This document shows positions 1-12,905 of a stretch of 64,000 bases of DNA, in pieces. The translations under genes were made by a program, and so were the position numbers. Source of the stretch: Phoronis australis (Eukaryota; Animalia; Phoronida); contig NMRA01000093.1 of NCBI GenBank assembly GCA_002633005.1, positions 634,102-698,101 on the forward strand. The letters run 5' to 3'. The notes under the pieces are model-generated. The model did not search any database and was not told the DNA's origin. It worked only from the letters and a program-made list of their open reading frames with translations. Every line of letters starts with the position of its first letter. Position 1 is the stretch's first letter.

Positions 1-2637
1 AACTACCGAAGCCAGTATGAACGGTTCAGTTAACTTTGCAGTTTACGTCAATGCTCCGCTCAGACCGGAGTTAAGTAAGTATGAAAGGGCCTTATATTTG
101 TGGGACCTCTCACTGTCACTGTATGATCATGACCCAATCAGACCCAATATAGGGTTGGGAAACAATCAAATGGCCACAATGCTAAAGACATATTCCAAAA
201 AGCCGAAAGTCACTACCAGAAACTTGGCTCGTCTCACGGCCCCTCGCACTTCATCAACTGATTTGTACAAGAGTTGCTGTTACCAAGAAACCTGTTTATC
301 AAAGTGAGGCTTTTTAGCAAGACACTAGGATTACTGCAAGCTCTTCAGAATTGTCTGCATCTCATCGGACAATGTCAGACAACAGTCAGTCGGCATCATC
401 AAACAAAACACTCCAGCAAAGGTATCACTCACCACTGCAACAATTTGAAATTTTGTGTAAGATTGAAAAGGTGTGCCCATACAAACCATGGCAATTGCCT
501 GCTAAAAGCAATAGTTAGTACATGCAAGATACAAAACCATTGACAATTAAGTTTCTGGTCAAGTGTTGTGTGTGAGTACCGAAAGCATATACTCTCCCGA
601 AGACGAGGGATGTTGGGATGTAAATAGTCCGCTGTCGCATCCACTGGTGCACATTTTGCCTGCCAGATTCAAGATCTGCTCGCCTACTGAGCAGGCGTGC
701 GGGTGGCTGGCTAATACTCTGAATCCCCACCATTTCACACACACTAGACGTTGTTGTGCTGTTTCTATCTACCATACCCACTGTTCATTGTACACTTTAC
801 AACTTTAAAGTTAAAGATGTCTCAAAGAAAACGGCAATAGATAATGAGATCCCTATTAAGGTATAGTGTAGCGGTGTATGTTTAGTAGGATGAAGTTTTT
901 AAGTTAGGACAGTGGAATGTCCAGTGAGAAAGATGACAGTTTGGTACGGTAGGTTATCACGCTGATCTGAAATATGTCCCGACCACAAACCATTCTGGAC
1001 TAACTCTAAATGCGAAACCAGCTTTAGAATGTTTCTTGATTCTAGAAAACTAGGTTTATCATGAGCAAATTACTCTACTACCGCAGAAGAATCACAAGAC
1101 TTTTTAAAAGGATTTAAAACAATACAAATACTTGTCTAGTGAAATACAGATAACAGAAATAATGTCTCAAGAAAGTCAGACAGTTGGAGCCATTTTTTGA
1201 TACACTATTATCAGACCAGTATTTCTCCGCTATGGCATTTCAAAACTCTTGATGATTCCAGCTTGAAACTGGGCATTAATGGTCATAACTCATAATTTAA
1301 TCAAATTACATGGTGGACTAGAAAGAAATAACTTCATAATTGCATTATCCATAACCATGGGTTCTCAGACTGTCAAATGTCATTAACCAATAATAGCTAA
1401 AAACCATCCGTATTTTAACCAGTGTAGAATGTTGACAGCAAATTTGCCGTTTTCTTCACTCGTTTTGTATTGGGGAAACAAAAACTAAAACCAATCCCAA
1501 GGTATTTCCCAAAAATATGAACAACATATAATCAAATTTGTAAAGGATTTCCTCGGCCCTAAACTAGTTAACTAAACATGTGGAACAGTGGCGCTTTTCA
1601 GAGACGGAATGTATTCACAATGTTAAGCATCAATAACAATCTAATATTTTGGAACAACTTTGGCCAAAAAGTTGGTTTTAGTCTAGACCAAATCATTCTG
1701 AAACCATCAATCGTTGACTAATAAAGGAGTCACCCACATAAATTTCACACAAGGTCAGGTGCATTTTTGAAAAACTTTTTGTACCAAGGCATGTAAGCAG
1801 GTTTGAAACATTGTGAATTGCCAAGCAAAAGGTAAAAAATTCCTCGTCATTTCCGCAAATCTCAGGAGGATTTACATTTTCGAAAAAGTGAACAACTAAA
1901 ACAATACCATATTGACCAATCATTTTCAAAAAAACAGAGACCAGAACCAACTACGCTTTTGTTGGACTTATTCATATTTCCCTATGTTTAGCATATTTTG
2001 AACTTGCTCATATTTTTCTATGTTCAGCACTATTTTGGCCTAACCATTAGCACTACGGTCTGATGCACTTTTGACTAACTGTCCAGTCTTAAGTACATGC
2101 AGAATTCAATCCACTACGACAGACAAGCGCTACTGAAAACTGCATTTCCTTGGCACTTAGCTACCAGAAAACAAAATAATAAGTTTTGTGATGTTCCACA
2201 CCACGACAAGACTTGATTTTCATTACCAACAGCAACACTGAAACAATCAACAACACCAAAAATGCTTTTAGAGTTCGTAAGGGTTGTCCAACCCAGTAAC
2301 TACAAATTCAAAATGGTGCTACTATGCACTGCCTGTGACTTGTGCCGCCGGCTTAAATTCGTAACAATTCAAGGTCAGATAAGTGTGGTATGTTTTTAAA
2401 TCCCTACGTTTAATCAACAATTAAATATTGACAGCTAAACTGACCATTGTTTCTTCTAATAATGTTGCGAGTGCCAATGATTTGTCCTAACAGTAAACAT
2501 AATCTGTTGGTTGCTATACGGTGTTACTTACATAATATGAAAAAAAAATAAATCAATAAGCTTTCACTCGTCAAGCATACTGCGTCCTAAATGGGCGAGA
2601 TATTACCATAGCTAAAACTAGCTCTTTCAAAAACACC

Positions 2638-3163
2638 TAACTCCTCCGACCAGTCTTAACTATAACTATAACTATAACTCCTCAGACCAGTCTTAACTAT
2701 AACTATAACTATAACTCCTCAGACCAGTCTTAACTATAACTATAACTATAACTCCTCAGACCAGTCTTAACTATAACTATAACTATAACTCCTCAGACCA
2801 GTCTTAACTATAACTATAACTATAACTCCTCAGACCAGTCTTAACTATAACTATAACTATAACTCCTCAGACCAGTCTTAACTATAACTATAACTCCTCA
2901 GACCAGTCTTAACTATAACTCCTCAGACCAGTCTTAACTATAACTATAATTATAACTCCTCAGACCAGTCTTAACTATAACTATAATTATAACTCCTCAG
3001 ACAGTCTTGACTATAACTATAACTATAACTCCTCAGACCAGTCTTAACTATAACTATAACTATAACGCCTCAGACAGTCTTAACTATAACTATAACTATA
3101 ACTCCTCAGACCAGTCTTAACTATAACTATAACTATAACTCCTCAGACAGTCTTAACTATAAC
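2638..3163. repeat. Compound minisatellite: 19-bp core plus (CTATAA)1-3, about 15 units
   Basis: CTCCTCAGACCAGTCTTAA followed mostly by three CTATAA hexamers (37-bp unit), some units with one or two. Confidence 0.95.
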
Positions 3164-6100
3164 CCCCAAACTAGCTCACAACTCATGATAAAGATGACTT
3201 TGAAATTGTTGTAAAGTCGACTTAGCTTCACTATTTACTTTTAAAACCACTGCCGCAATAGCAATAACGTACACGCGGCCACCATTGCCATGAACGATGA
3301 CCTTTGATGATACAGGTCAAAGCTTTTTCTGGCTCAAATTCAGAACACTAAACGCATCTCTTCAACAGCGAAAAATCAATAAAATATTGTCTTTAATTAC
3401 AGACAGCTAATATTAAGTTCGCAAAAAACGAGTGATTTCATAGAATATCGATTTCAACTAGTTCAGTATAGTATCACTTTCCCCTCTCTTATTTAACTAA
3501 CCCCCCACAGGGTATTGAGATGCTTCAGTATTGCATAGTTACCACCTCTGACTGAATGGTGGAACGAAGGCTTCATTTTAATAAAAGTAAAGTGGAAAGA
3601 CTAGTTTTTGAAAAATTCTACAAACATGTATTTTCAATGTTTATGTGCAAAGAATACCAAGTTCATTCAAGCATCAGCTCTCACAACTGCCACAGCATTT
3701 TTGTCTACTAAAAGGTATAGGAAACAAATATTTTGTTGAAGGGAAATCGCCTGGATATCCAGAAGGCAGCTGGGTATGGCTCCAGGCAGCTGACGTGTGG
3801 TCACTTGGCTGTGGGGCGTGACAGTCCCTTGTAAACCTCCATAAGTCTGGGAGTTACCTAATTACCATCTGCTCAACAAAACATTTCTGCGACTCTGGCA
3901 AAAAGCTTGTTGCCAAAAACCTTGACTTGCTACCACCATATAACAAATCGGCCATGATAATGCAAGCCAATCTCGTGCCTTCAATGAACTAGGTAACTGA
4001 ATAATTCCAACAATCTAGAACTGATAAGCAACATATGCCGTAATCTTATTTGTGAGTAATTTGTCAAACAATGACCAGGGAGTAGTATGGATATTTTTGA
4101 GGTGATAATATTTATTGTGTTTATGATGGTCCATGAGATAAAGGTTAAGAGGGATTATTATAGTTGAAACACTTGAAAACAAACAGCAAATTAAGTAACA
4201 TGTGATATGCTATTACGTTTTTCTCTTTTGTTATCAAACTACCGATCTTTTCCACACAATTTTATAATACCGATATGGGTTCCCCAAACATCAGTTCAAA
4301 AACGATTCCCAAATGAAGGACATGTTGTCCTTGAAAACTAATTGATACCACCTGAGCGTAAAACCATTGTTACTTTGTTTGCTTGTTTTCGATTCACATT
4401 TTGGTTCTTGTTATACAAATATGGTTATCTATTGGCCAAATGTCATTTGTTTGCATTTGGAGTATAGTATTGTACATAATTATGAATTGAACTAGTGATA
4501 CGGAACACTTCCTGCAGCCAACTCTACTAAGTGACTCATTACGAAGGTGCAGCAAACTAAAGCTAAAAGACTGACTCTGGCAATAAATTAAAGGAAAAAA
4601 ATCTTTTTAGAAATGCAAGTACAAACCCAAAGTGAAACCACGATCAACTGCCCGGCAATTGCTGTGGCTACCGACAGCACACTTTACAGGTACACTTAAA
4701 AGCAAACTGACATTGGCCTTGCACGCAGTTAAAAATGTAAGGCAAAATGAAAAACATCCAGGCACATTGATTTTTCAAGAAACAAAATTTTCAAATACAA
4801 AACAATGCACTCCTCACCTGAATTGCAGTAACTTGCACCTGTGCTTGTTTATTGCCTGGTCAGTTGCAATGAATCACACATACCCACAAAACAGATAAAT
4901 TGACTTTAAATTTCAAATATTATACCAAATATATTAACGTGAAGAAGTTTGCACAATCAATACAAATAAAAGCCAGCAATTAATCAAAAACGCAACTGGC
5001 CAAAATGTGGCGTGGATGAGTGTAGTAAGCATAACACATTAGCTATAAGTCTCCAATTACTGCCTTGACAGTTGACACTTAATTGTCTTGGCATTGTTCT
5101 GTGGACACTCACCTGTTCTACGCAGGTGCAACTTGCATTATACTCCATTCACAAACTGGCTAGCTAGCACTTCAGTGCTGTCAATGATAGCAAAAACATC
5201 AGTTATGAAAATGCTTACAAGAGACACTTTTGCTATGACTTCCCCAGGGCCTCAATGAGTACCCCATAACAGCTGGTGTGCTCTCATGAGACCACTTAAT
5301 CAAAGAACACACTTGGGCAGGGGTAAGACCTCTGTTGATGGTCACATTAATCAATCTAAGGTAGACATATACTTTGACATTAATGTTCACATTAAAAGCC
5401 ACTGGGGTGGTGAGGAAACACATCATGGCTGGCAGAAATGACCCCTCCCCTGGTCAGCTGGTCCATTTTACTAAAACACTAGTAGCTAGCTAAGCTATGT
5501 TAAAGCTAAGTGTTTTAGCCACCCATGTGAACCTAGCTTTATAGTTAAGTGCCCGTCCCTAAACAGCTAGAGGCAAATGATAAATTCATAACATGAAAAA
5601 AGTGAAGGCCTATCAAAGGCTCAGTACCGTCATACCATTAAGACTGCTACAATGAAAATTGAATTGCTTGATGAGTTCTGTGTAATCAATAAAAAGCCTG
5701 GTCACATATGTTTTAATTTCAAAAGCAAAAACACTGAACTTTAATGAGCACTTTTATAACAGAAACACTAATGACAGTTTATTTAATTGCTGGTAGATGT
5801 TATAATGCCGACAGCTCTCCAGTTTCTCTTCCTTTCAAAGACTAGTATAGTTCGGTAGCTGCCTTTTGTTAAAAGGGGTTAGGTCACAAACCAGGTTGGA
5901 ACAATAGCTCATCAAGAGGGTAATGGATACATGTCTTGACAATTACATGCCTCTTAATTGTACAACATTACTTCCCATGTTTGTCTGTCGTTGGACCTCC
6001 GTCCCTGACGCCCCTTGACAAATCTCTATTTAATTTTGCCGAAAAACAATAGCCAATACAGCATTTTCCTCTGATTACATTTTGAAACTGTTTTAACTTT

Positions 6101-8694
6101 TTACCACCGTTTTATTTAGCAGTACCTATACAGTACAAAGCCAGTTTTTCTCAACATACATTTTAGTGAACAAATTGACAAAGAAATAGTTTCACACCTC
6201 CACATTTTATCACTAGCGGAATTGAACGAATTTATTACAGCTCTTCAATCTATTCACAAAACTGAAGAAAATCCACAATGATGCTGCTTCTACAGTTTTG
6301 CCAAACGCTAATAACAAGACTACCATACATCCCCTTCACCATCAATATCAGGACTGCCATGAAATAGTTAGCAACATAACAGGCATAACCAGAAGCAGTG
6401 GCAACTTGTTTAGCTACAAGAGAGATCATTACATCAACTCAGCATCCATTCACACATACACACCACTTGATGGTAGCAGTCATCATTCAAGCAAGATTGG
6501 TAGAGATGATAGCTAATCAATCTAACTTTGTTACTGACAAATTCATGAAACCAGACACCATTTTGTGAAAGACTGCCCTGGATAAACAATATGAACTACC
6601 AATTCAAGCACATTTTCATCCCGATACATGTTATGCAGCACTGAAATTCTTATCCTCTAATAGGTTTGTCAGATATTGTCAACAAGTGTTCTGGGAACCA
6701 TCTATATGACTGGACACTGCAAGATAACCATGTGGTCAGTAGTTCTGTCAAGTTTTGTTATTGCAAGGATCATTTCAAAAAACAGGACTGGATCCACTGA
6801 TACACAAAGGTCTCAAATCTACAGGCAAATTTGGAGGACCTATGGGTCGTGGCGGTATTTTCCATCCTCGTGGGAATCAATTTCCAGGGAAATGGCATAT
6901 TAATGAGTGTGGTTTTGTCTGTTAATTCAGTACATTATGCGACCATGACTGATCCACAGTTGGGATCTATACTTTTTCAATTAGAATATATTAGGTCCCA
7001 TATTCCTAACATTGCTGTTTTGGTCACTGAAATTAGTTTTGATCGGCTGATCAGCATTGTGTTAGAATCTGAATGTAATGAGTATTACTCAAAAAAAATA
7101 AGATGTGATAGCGAAAGAATTTTAATGCAGGCAAGTTGACCAATCACAATGCGTGGATGGAATTTCGTATGTGCTAATGACGTAAGAAGGAATTACTCAG
7201 AAAAAACAACAGCTGTCGTTGCGTACTATTTGAAACTGATCTTCGGGCAAACAATCATGAAAATTGCACATTTAATGAAATGCAACCAACCCAAAATTTT
7301 CTTCTGGACCATTACAACTTGAAGTAGGACATGTTTACTTCGAATGAGAGTCACGGAATCGACTCAAAATATTGTTCACACATACTCAACCAGGTTTAAA
7401 CAAAAACTTGAAATGTGTTGAGGAATTTTTCATTATTTGCCTTTGAGACACTTCACAGTACTCTGAGGTAGATAAGGCTTCCCTTACAGGAGTTAAACCT
7501 CTCACTTATGTAACTGCTGGAGACATCGAGCCACTTTCTACACTGTCTTAGTTCAGATGAGGATGATCTTGTTCTCAACCATTCTAGGAACTACAGTCGG
7601 TCATTAATGTGTCATAGGACAACTGATGTAAAGCGCGGGGATGTATCAAGACCCACCCTGAATAGTAGAAACTCCAGTCACTAGTCTGATGTAAGTTAAC
7701 AGTGCTTTAGAACACAGTCTATTTACTGATCAGAAGGTCCAGGGATGCAACCACCAAATTCTACTTGAGACTCAACTTGAAAATTAACCAATCACGGATT
7801 TGAAAAATTCACTCGAAAGTCACTCGGAGCATGGCACGCTATTCATCAATTATCGAGTCAAGTCTAAAACTTGGTGGCCACAAGTAAAGAACTGGCTTTA
7901 TTTCTCCTGTAGCACTGGTGTGATGGACTTGCTTATGGTGACTTGACCTGATTAATGGATTTGGGGAGATTCTTTGGGATTGAACTAATACAAATGCATC
8001 CACAGAAAGTTGAAAAATCCAAAACCTCACAGGCACTATCATTCTAGGTATATAGCGTCCACTGCTGTTGGCATAGAAGTGTGGGGAGATGGTTAGTTCT
8101 TCGCATCATCAATGACTCTGCTTGCGACAGGTAACTTCAGGGGAATGTTGTTTAGTTCATAAATTATGTTTTTAAGACTTTCAGCTCAAAGTACTGTATT
8201 GAAAACTATGTATTTTTCTCTGATGCGTTGAGATATGTGTTAACACAGTTGAGGTCAGGAATTTTGCCATTTGAGGAGGAATTGGGAGGCTTTTGTGAAC
8301 TCCATTATATGAAAGATTATGTAAATTATATAAACAAAAGTAAATTGAAGACAAAATGCATTTTATTCTTGTTTGCACCAGATATAATCATTTAAGAATA
8401 GAGTTCCAAAGTGAAACCTCCCTTCCAGACTAGTTTCTAATTTATCCAGAAACTTGTGGACTGAATGTTCTCTGACTCCAATAGAAAAAGTGGAATGGAT
8501 GATGTAACAGATACGGGCGAGGATCCAATTCTCGCCTTCTGCATTTAACGCTCTCCCACGCTGGTAGGTACGAAAAAGAGGCACACCTTCAGATACGGCA
8601 GGCAGGTCAGCAGCCTCACTTTCGTTCTTATGAAGATTCACAAAATTGTTAGCATCTGTCATCTGAATACTTTATATTTTATATGTAATAAGTA

Positions 8695-8938
8695 ATGCTG
8701 GGCAAGTACTACTGCTGTGCCGTGGGCTGCAGTGTTGATTCAAGGAAGTGGCATAAGTTGGATAAATATCCATAGATGCGGGATGTCTCATTTCACCCCT
8801 TCCCAACAGCTCTGAAGGACAAGAGAGGACGAAGTCCATCGTGCGCACAACACCACCGTTGTACAATCAACATAATCTTACCACAAAGCCGAGAAAAGTG
8901 AGAGTGCGGAATACGGGAATTACCAGCCATTCCATCTG
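8695..8938 (+). pseudogene. THAP zinc-finger domain relic, probably transposon-derived
   Basis: MLGKYYCCAVGCSVDSRKWHKLDKYP*MRDVSFHPFPTALKDKRGR: THAP M..CC.VGC and SFH.FP signatures, in-frame TAG. The W and C-x-x-H part is missing; a shifted frame gives PPLY...KPRKVRVR (possible AVPTIF-box and basic tail). Confidence 0.7.
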
Positions 8939-10797
8939 ACAAAGGCCTCGAGAAGAGACCAAAAGCTAGTGGCTTCAAAAACATTCGTGACTTTCCATTA
9001 ACTACATCCGAAAGCTCTCGCAAAATTTTTTAATAGGGCACTAGACTGCCGTAAGAGTTGCCTGTTTTGTGTATAACCCCTTACATGTTAACTGTATCAG
9101 GTGACTTATATGCCCAAGAGGCTGGGTATGTATTGTACAAAGTCTTTTTTATTTTGTATTGCAATTTGCGATGCATCCATATCACTACAATAAATAATAA
9201 TAATATATACAATCAAGTAACAACCCAGCGGCTGTCAGGTGCACGTCTCTCCATTTGCAGGGCCAAGCTGAAAGAATAAGGCCTAACGCAGACAGAGAGT
9301 TAATCACCTCAACTGCAAGTTTAAGCTCAACTCATAGCTCACATCAGTGCCAAAATGAACTAAGAGGAGTTTTGTCTCATGAGGCAGTGAGGCAAATATT
9401 TCAGTAGTAGGATTTTTTACTTAAGCGAAAATCCTCACAGTACGCAGGCAAGGTGAGTGAAGTGGTTAGTTAGACAACTAGCTTCGGCAGCTAACGAAAA
9501 CTAATTTTTGCATCCCCTGAACACAACAAATCAACTAGCGGCAGTTCCTTTTCTCTGGCTCATTGTAACTATGTATATACTACATTTACGTTGATCACTA
9601 CCAATGTAGTTTACAGGTCTCTGAGCATTTTGCCTCGCTGTTTGCTGGTAACCCGCATCGAGCTATGTGATGAGCAGTCAATTGAGCTCATAGCCCTGCA
9701 TCTGCACTAGGCATATGAGATTCAGCCAACAGTGATTTTGGGTTTAACCACGAGACTTAGCCTCTGGCCATGGTGATTACAGTTTGGCCAATGCAGCTGT
9801 GTGTTCTGCAGATGCGAGAATCTCGTGAAGAAACACAATCACCAAATACCATACAACATCACACGAGAGGGAGGCGAGTTTTTAGCGAGTGTACTCAAGA
9901 CCTTACTAGCGTAACCCAACAAAATGGCAGTCACTACAGTGATTGTAAGGCGAGGACGAGATGTTGATTTATGGAATAAAATTTACCATTTCCTGTTCCT
10001 GTTTCTCACCACTAGTGCTTTGTGAGTATCATGTTTTGAGTCTAGACATTGCAACATAGGTTTCCACTCACAATGCATAGTCACTTTCCACGAGTCCAGG
10101 ATACAGTTTTCAGGAGGCTACAGGAAACTTTTGTCAATGATAACTGACAAGACATGATTTAGTAAGTGAACTTGAGACTCACAAAGCGCAAGTCATTTTT
10201 TACCAGATGAACTTTCACTGTGTTTTTCATGACTTTACTAGTTTTTCATTTTCCATGCGCTTATTTCCTAGCATTAACTACTTTTGTCACTTTCCAGGTT
10301 TTTCAAGATGAAAGGGTTCCATGCATCCATGGGAATTTGGTGGATTTCATCTACGGCGTTCATGGCGTTCTTTAAATATATTGTAAGCGTTCGAAACATC
10401 AAAGATAACTTGGTGACATGAAAACTAATTCGCAATTTGTGTTTTAAGTGGCTTGTGCCTCAAGCGTTTTTCGCATCAAAAAGACTTGCTGTTCTATGTA
10501 ATTATTCAATGCCTTTTGAGGTTGGTTTTCAATATTTAATTTTTCTGCGATAGTTGATTAGTCCTACTTGTGCCACTGCTGCAATGGATCATGCTTTAAA
10601 ATTTCAGTGTTCGCAAATTATCAGTGTTGTTTTCAAGTCAACAATGTATCTGTGATGTCACTAGATGTTTCTGAGCCAACAGCCGGCCCACAATGCACTT
10701 GAATAACATCAGCAGGGTCGTACATAAAATCCATTATTACAAATCAGTCTACTGAATAGTTATTTAACCCTCATGATAAATTCACTGTATCACTTAC

Positions 10798-10889
10798 TTG
10801 TTACGACCCACTCGCTCCCAGTCAAAGACATTGACTTTAAGTACATCGGAACTGTTAAGCGCTACGCCACTCAAATCAAACAAGAATTT
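10798..10889 (-). CDS. MYOF: Ferlin coding exon 3 (C2A)
   Basis: 92-bp exon, cttttgcag|AAATTC...AACAA|gtaagt, encodes KFLFDLSGVALNSSDVLKVNVFDWERVGRN(K), typical ferlin C2A. Phase 0 to 2. No exon 4 found in 1-10797, so the gene probably continues beyond the window. Confidence 0.9.
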
Positions 10890-11902
10890 CTGCAAAAGAA
10901 AAAGTGATGTTAAGTATTTGAAACGACACAAAGAGACAATAGTATGATCAAACAAGAAACACACTACATTGCAACATAAACCACAGCAGGTAAATGAAGA
11001 TGTCATCCTGTCCATTTCACACAAGTGTTTAAACAAAGCAATATTAGACCCCATATCATAAACAGTCAGCTTCACAACACAGTCCTAACTCTTCAGCATA
11101 AACAGAACTGTAGACACTGAATGGAAACATTTAAAACTTATTGTAACCTCATAAGTTCCTGGTTGTTATTTTATAAGATCCTGGATCCCAGTACTGCATT
11201 ATTGTCCATTCACGAGAAAGTGAAAATGGCTGCTATGCATGCATGATCATTCTGCTCAAATGAGCATACCTGTTTCTAACTTATATCCTGGTGCATAAGA
11301 GTAATAACACAAGTCAGGTGCAGTAACAGCCCAGAGGCCGTTCCCGGGGCTGTCCCTGTGACCGATGATATTTGTCAAGGTTACTTTCCTCTGGGCTACT
11401 CCCAATTCCAGAAATTTTTATTAGAACATGTCCAATTGCCCAATCCATATCATGGTCAATACTGTTTATACTGCTATCAACCCACTGGTGGTCATTAAGG
11501 CACTAATATGGCACCCTTTTTTATTGTTATTGTCGTTGTTGTTGTTGTTGTTGCTATTGCTTCCATTGTTATTTTTGTATTTTTGTTGTCGTTTTTGTTG
11601 ATGTGGTGCCGTTGTTTCATTATTTCTACTGATCTGAGAGCTTGTCAGTAATCTCCTGTTGTCTGTGCATTTAACACTTCATACTAAATACAAGAATCGT
11701 ACATCATCCCTTGTTAAATCCAATCAATCCAAAAATTTAACCATTCATACTGAATGAAACATCAACATTGGTACGAAGATGAGATAAGATAACTGTGATT
11801 AACGATTCCCATTTCCTGAAGAGGAGTGAGGTTGATACGGAAGTAGAGTTTTTAGGCTGCTTCCAGCCAGTAAAGAATGCAAGCTCAATGGGAAAGCATC
11901 TA

Positions 11903-12060
11903 CCATAAACTCGCGGGTTAACGCCCCGGCGCCTATATTGGGAAACCCTGATACAGAGGAGTGGGCGATTACCCAAGCAGTGGGCGCTTAAACCGAAAAT
12001 TGACAAAAAGTCAGGGATAGACGATTACCCGCGCATGGGCGTTAACCCGCGACTTTACAG
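11903..12060. mobile_element. 158-bp MITE, Tc1/mariner (pogo-like), TA TSD
   Basis: TA|CCATAAACTCGCGGGTTAACGCCC ... GGGCGTTAACCCGCGACTTTACAG|TA. Confidence 0.8.
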
Positions 12061-12128
12061 TAACAAGGTGTAGAGATATAGGGACAATGGCATTTGTCAA
12101 CAGGAAAAGTTCTTTTTGGGAACTACAG

Positions 12129-12820
12129 ACAAGAGAGCATGAAAATTACTCAACAAGAAAAAAGTGTTGCTGTGTTGAAATGTCCTCATGACTCCACCAC
12201 AAACGGTATGCTTCTAGTAGTATCGTAAAGATGGTCACTGCATGGTGCAGAACATGTTGAACCCATCCAAAGATAGAAAGGCATCATCGTTTATCTCCCT
12301 AATAAAAAACTATTCACAAAATATCATGAACTCCAATGATGCAGAGGCAAACCTATAAAAATCGATAGTTCATCTGCTGATGAGTCCATAGGAATGTCAA
12401 ATTTTAATTTTCCTGTAAGGGGCTTAGAAGATACAGCCACACATGCAAAAAATGTCACTAGGGGGTGCCACATTGGCCAAACCCGTCTGGGAATCATTGT
12501 CACTCATGATCTTGCCAGTACCCACACATCCGGAAATTTTTATTATGAACCTTTGAGTGATGTAGAAAATAAAAAAATGGCTACTAGGTAAAAAATACAT
12601 TGAATCCATCAAAAAATGAAGGATGCTATTTGTTTCCATAAAGGAGGCCCATTTGCCAAATTTCATGAAAACTGTTAAGGAACTGAAGATATAGAGGCAA
12701 ATGAAAAAAATTAAATTGCCACTAGGGGGCACAGTGATAGTGGGATCAGGCTCATAAAGAAACTGTCAGGAGCTTAGGAGAAACTGCGCTGATGCTGGAG
12801 ACCTAGACAGAGATGATGGC
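12129..12820. mobile_element. Degenerate third copy of the same family
   Basis: Shares GCCAAATTTCATGAAAA, GAAGATAYAGAGGCAAA, AATTGCCACTAGGGGGCAC and AGACAGAGATGA blocks with the other two copies; left boundary approximate. Confidence 0.55.
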
Positions 12821-12905
12821 TGACAAAGGTACAAGACTGACAAGGGTACAAGACTGACAAGGGTGCAAGACTGACAAGGGTACAAGACTGACAAGGGTAC
12901 AAGAA
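12820..12905. repeat. 17-bp tandem repeat x5
   Basis: CTGACAAGGGTACAAGA units. Confidence 0.92.

Noticed and set aside
2638-3163. CRISPR-like array, or rRNA/I-CeuI-like TAACTATAAC sites
   Set aside because: The apparent spacers are only hexamer repeats, there are no cas genes, the context is a eukaryotic intron, and rRNA similarity does not extend beyond 10 bp.
5113-5177. Candidate ferlin exon 4 (gacag|...CAG|gtgagt on minus strand)
   Set aside because: In-frame stop after exon 3 and no match to the expected LLG...V.L C2A continuation.
9280-9712. Possible Harbinger-like MITE (GGCCTAACGCAGA ... TCTGCACTAGGC)
   Set aside because: Terminal similarity too short and no clear TSD.
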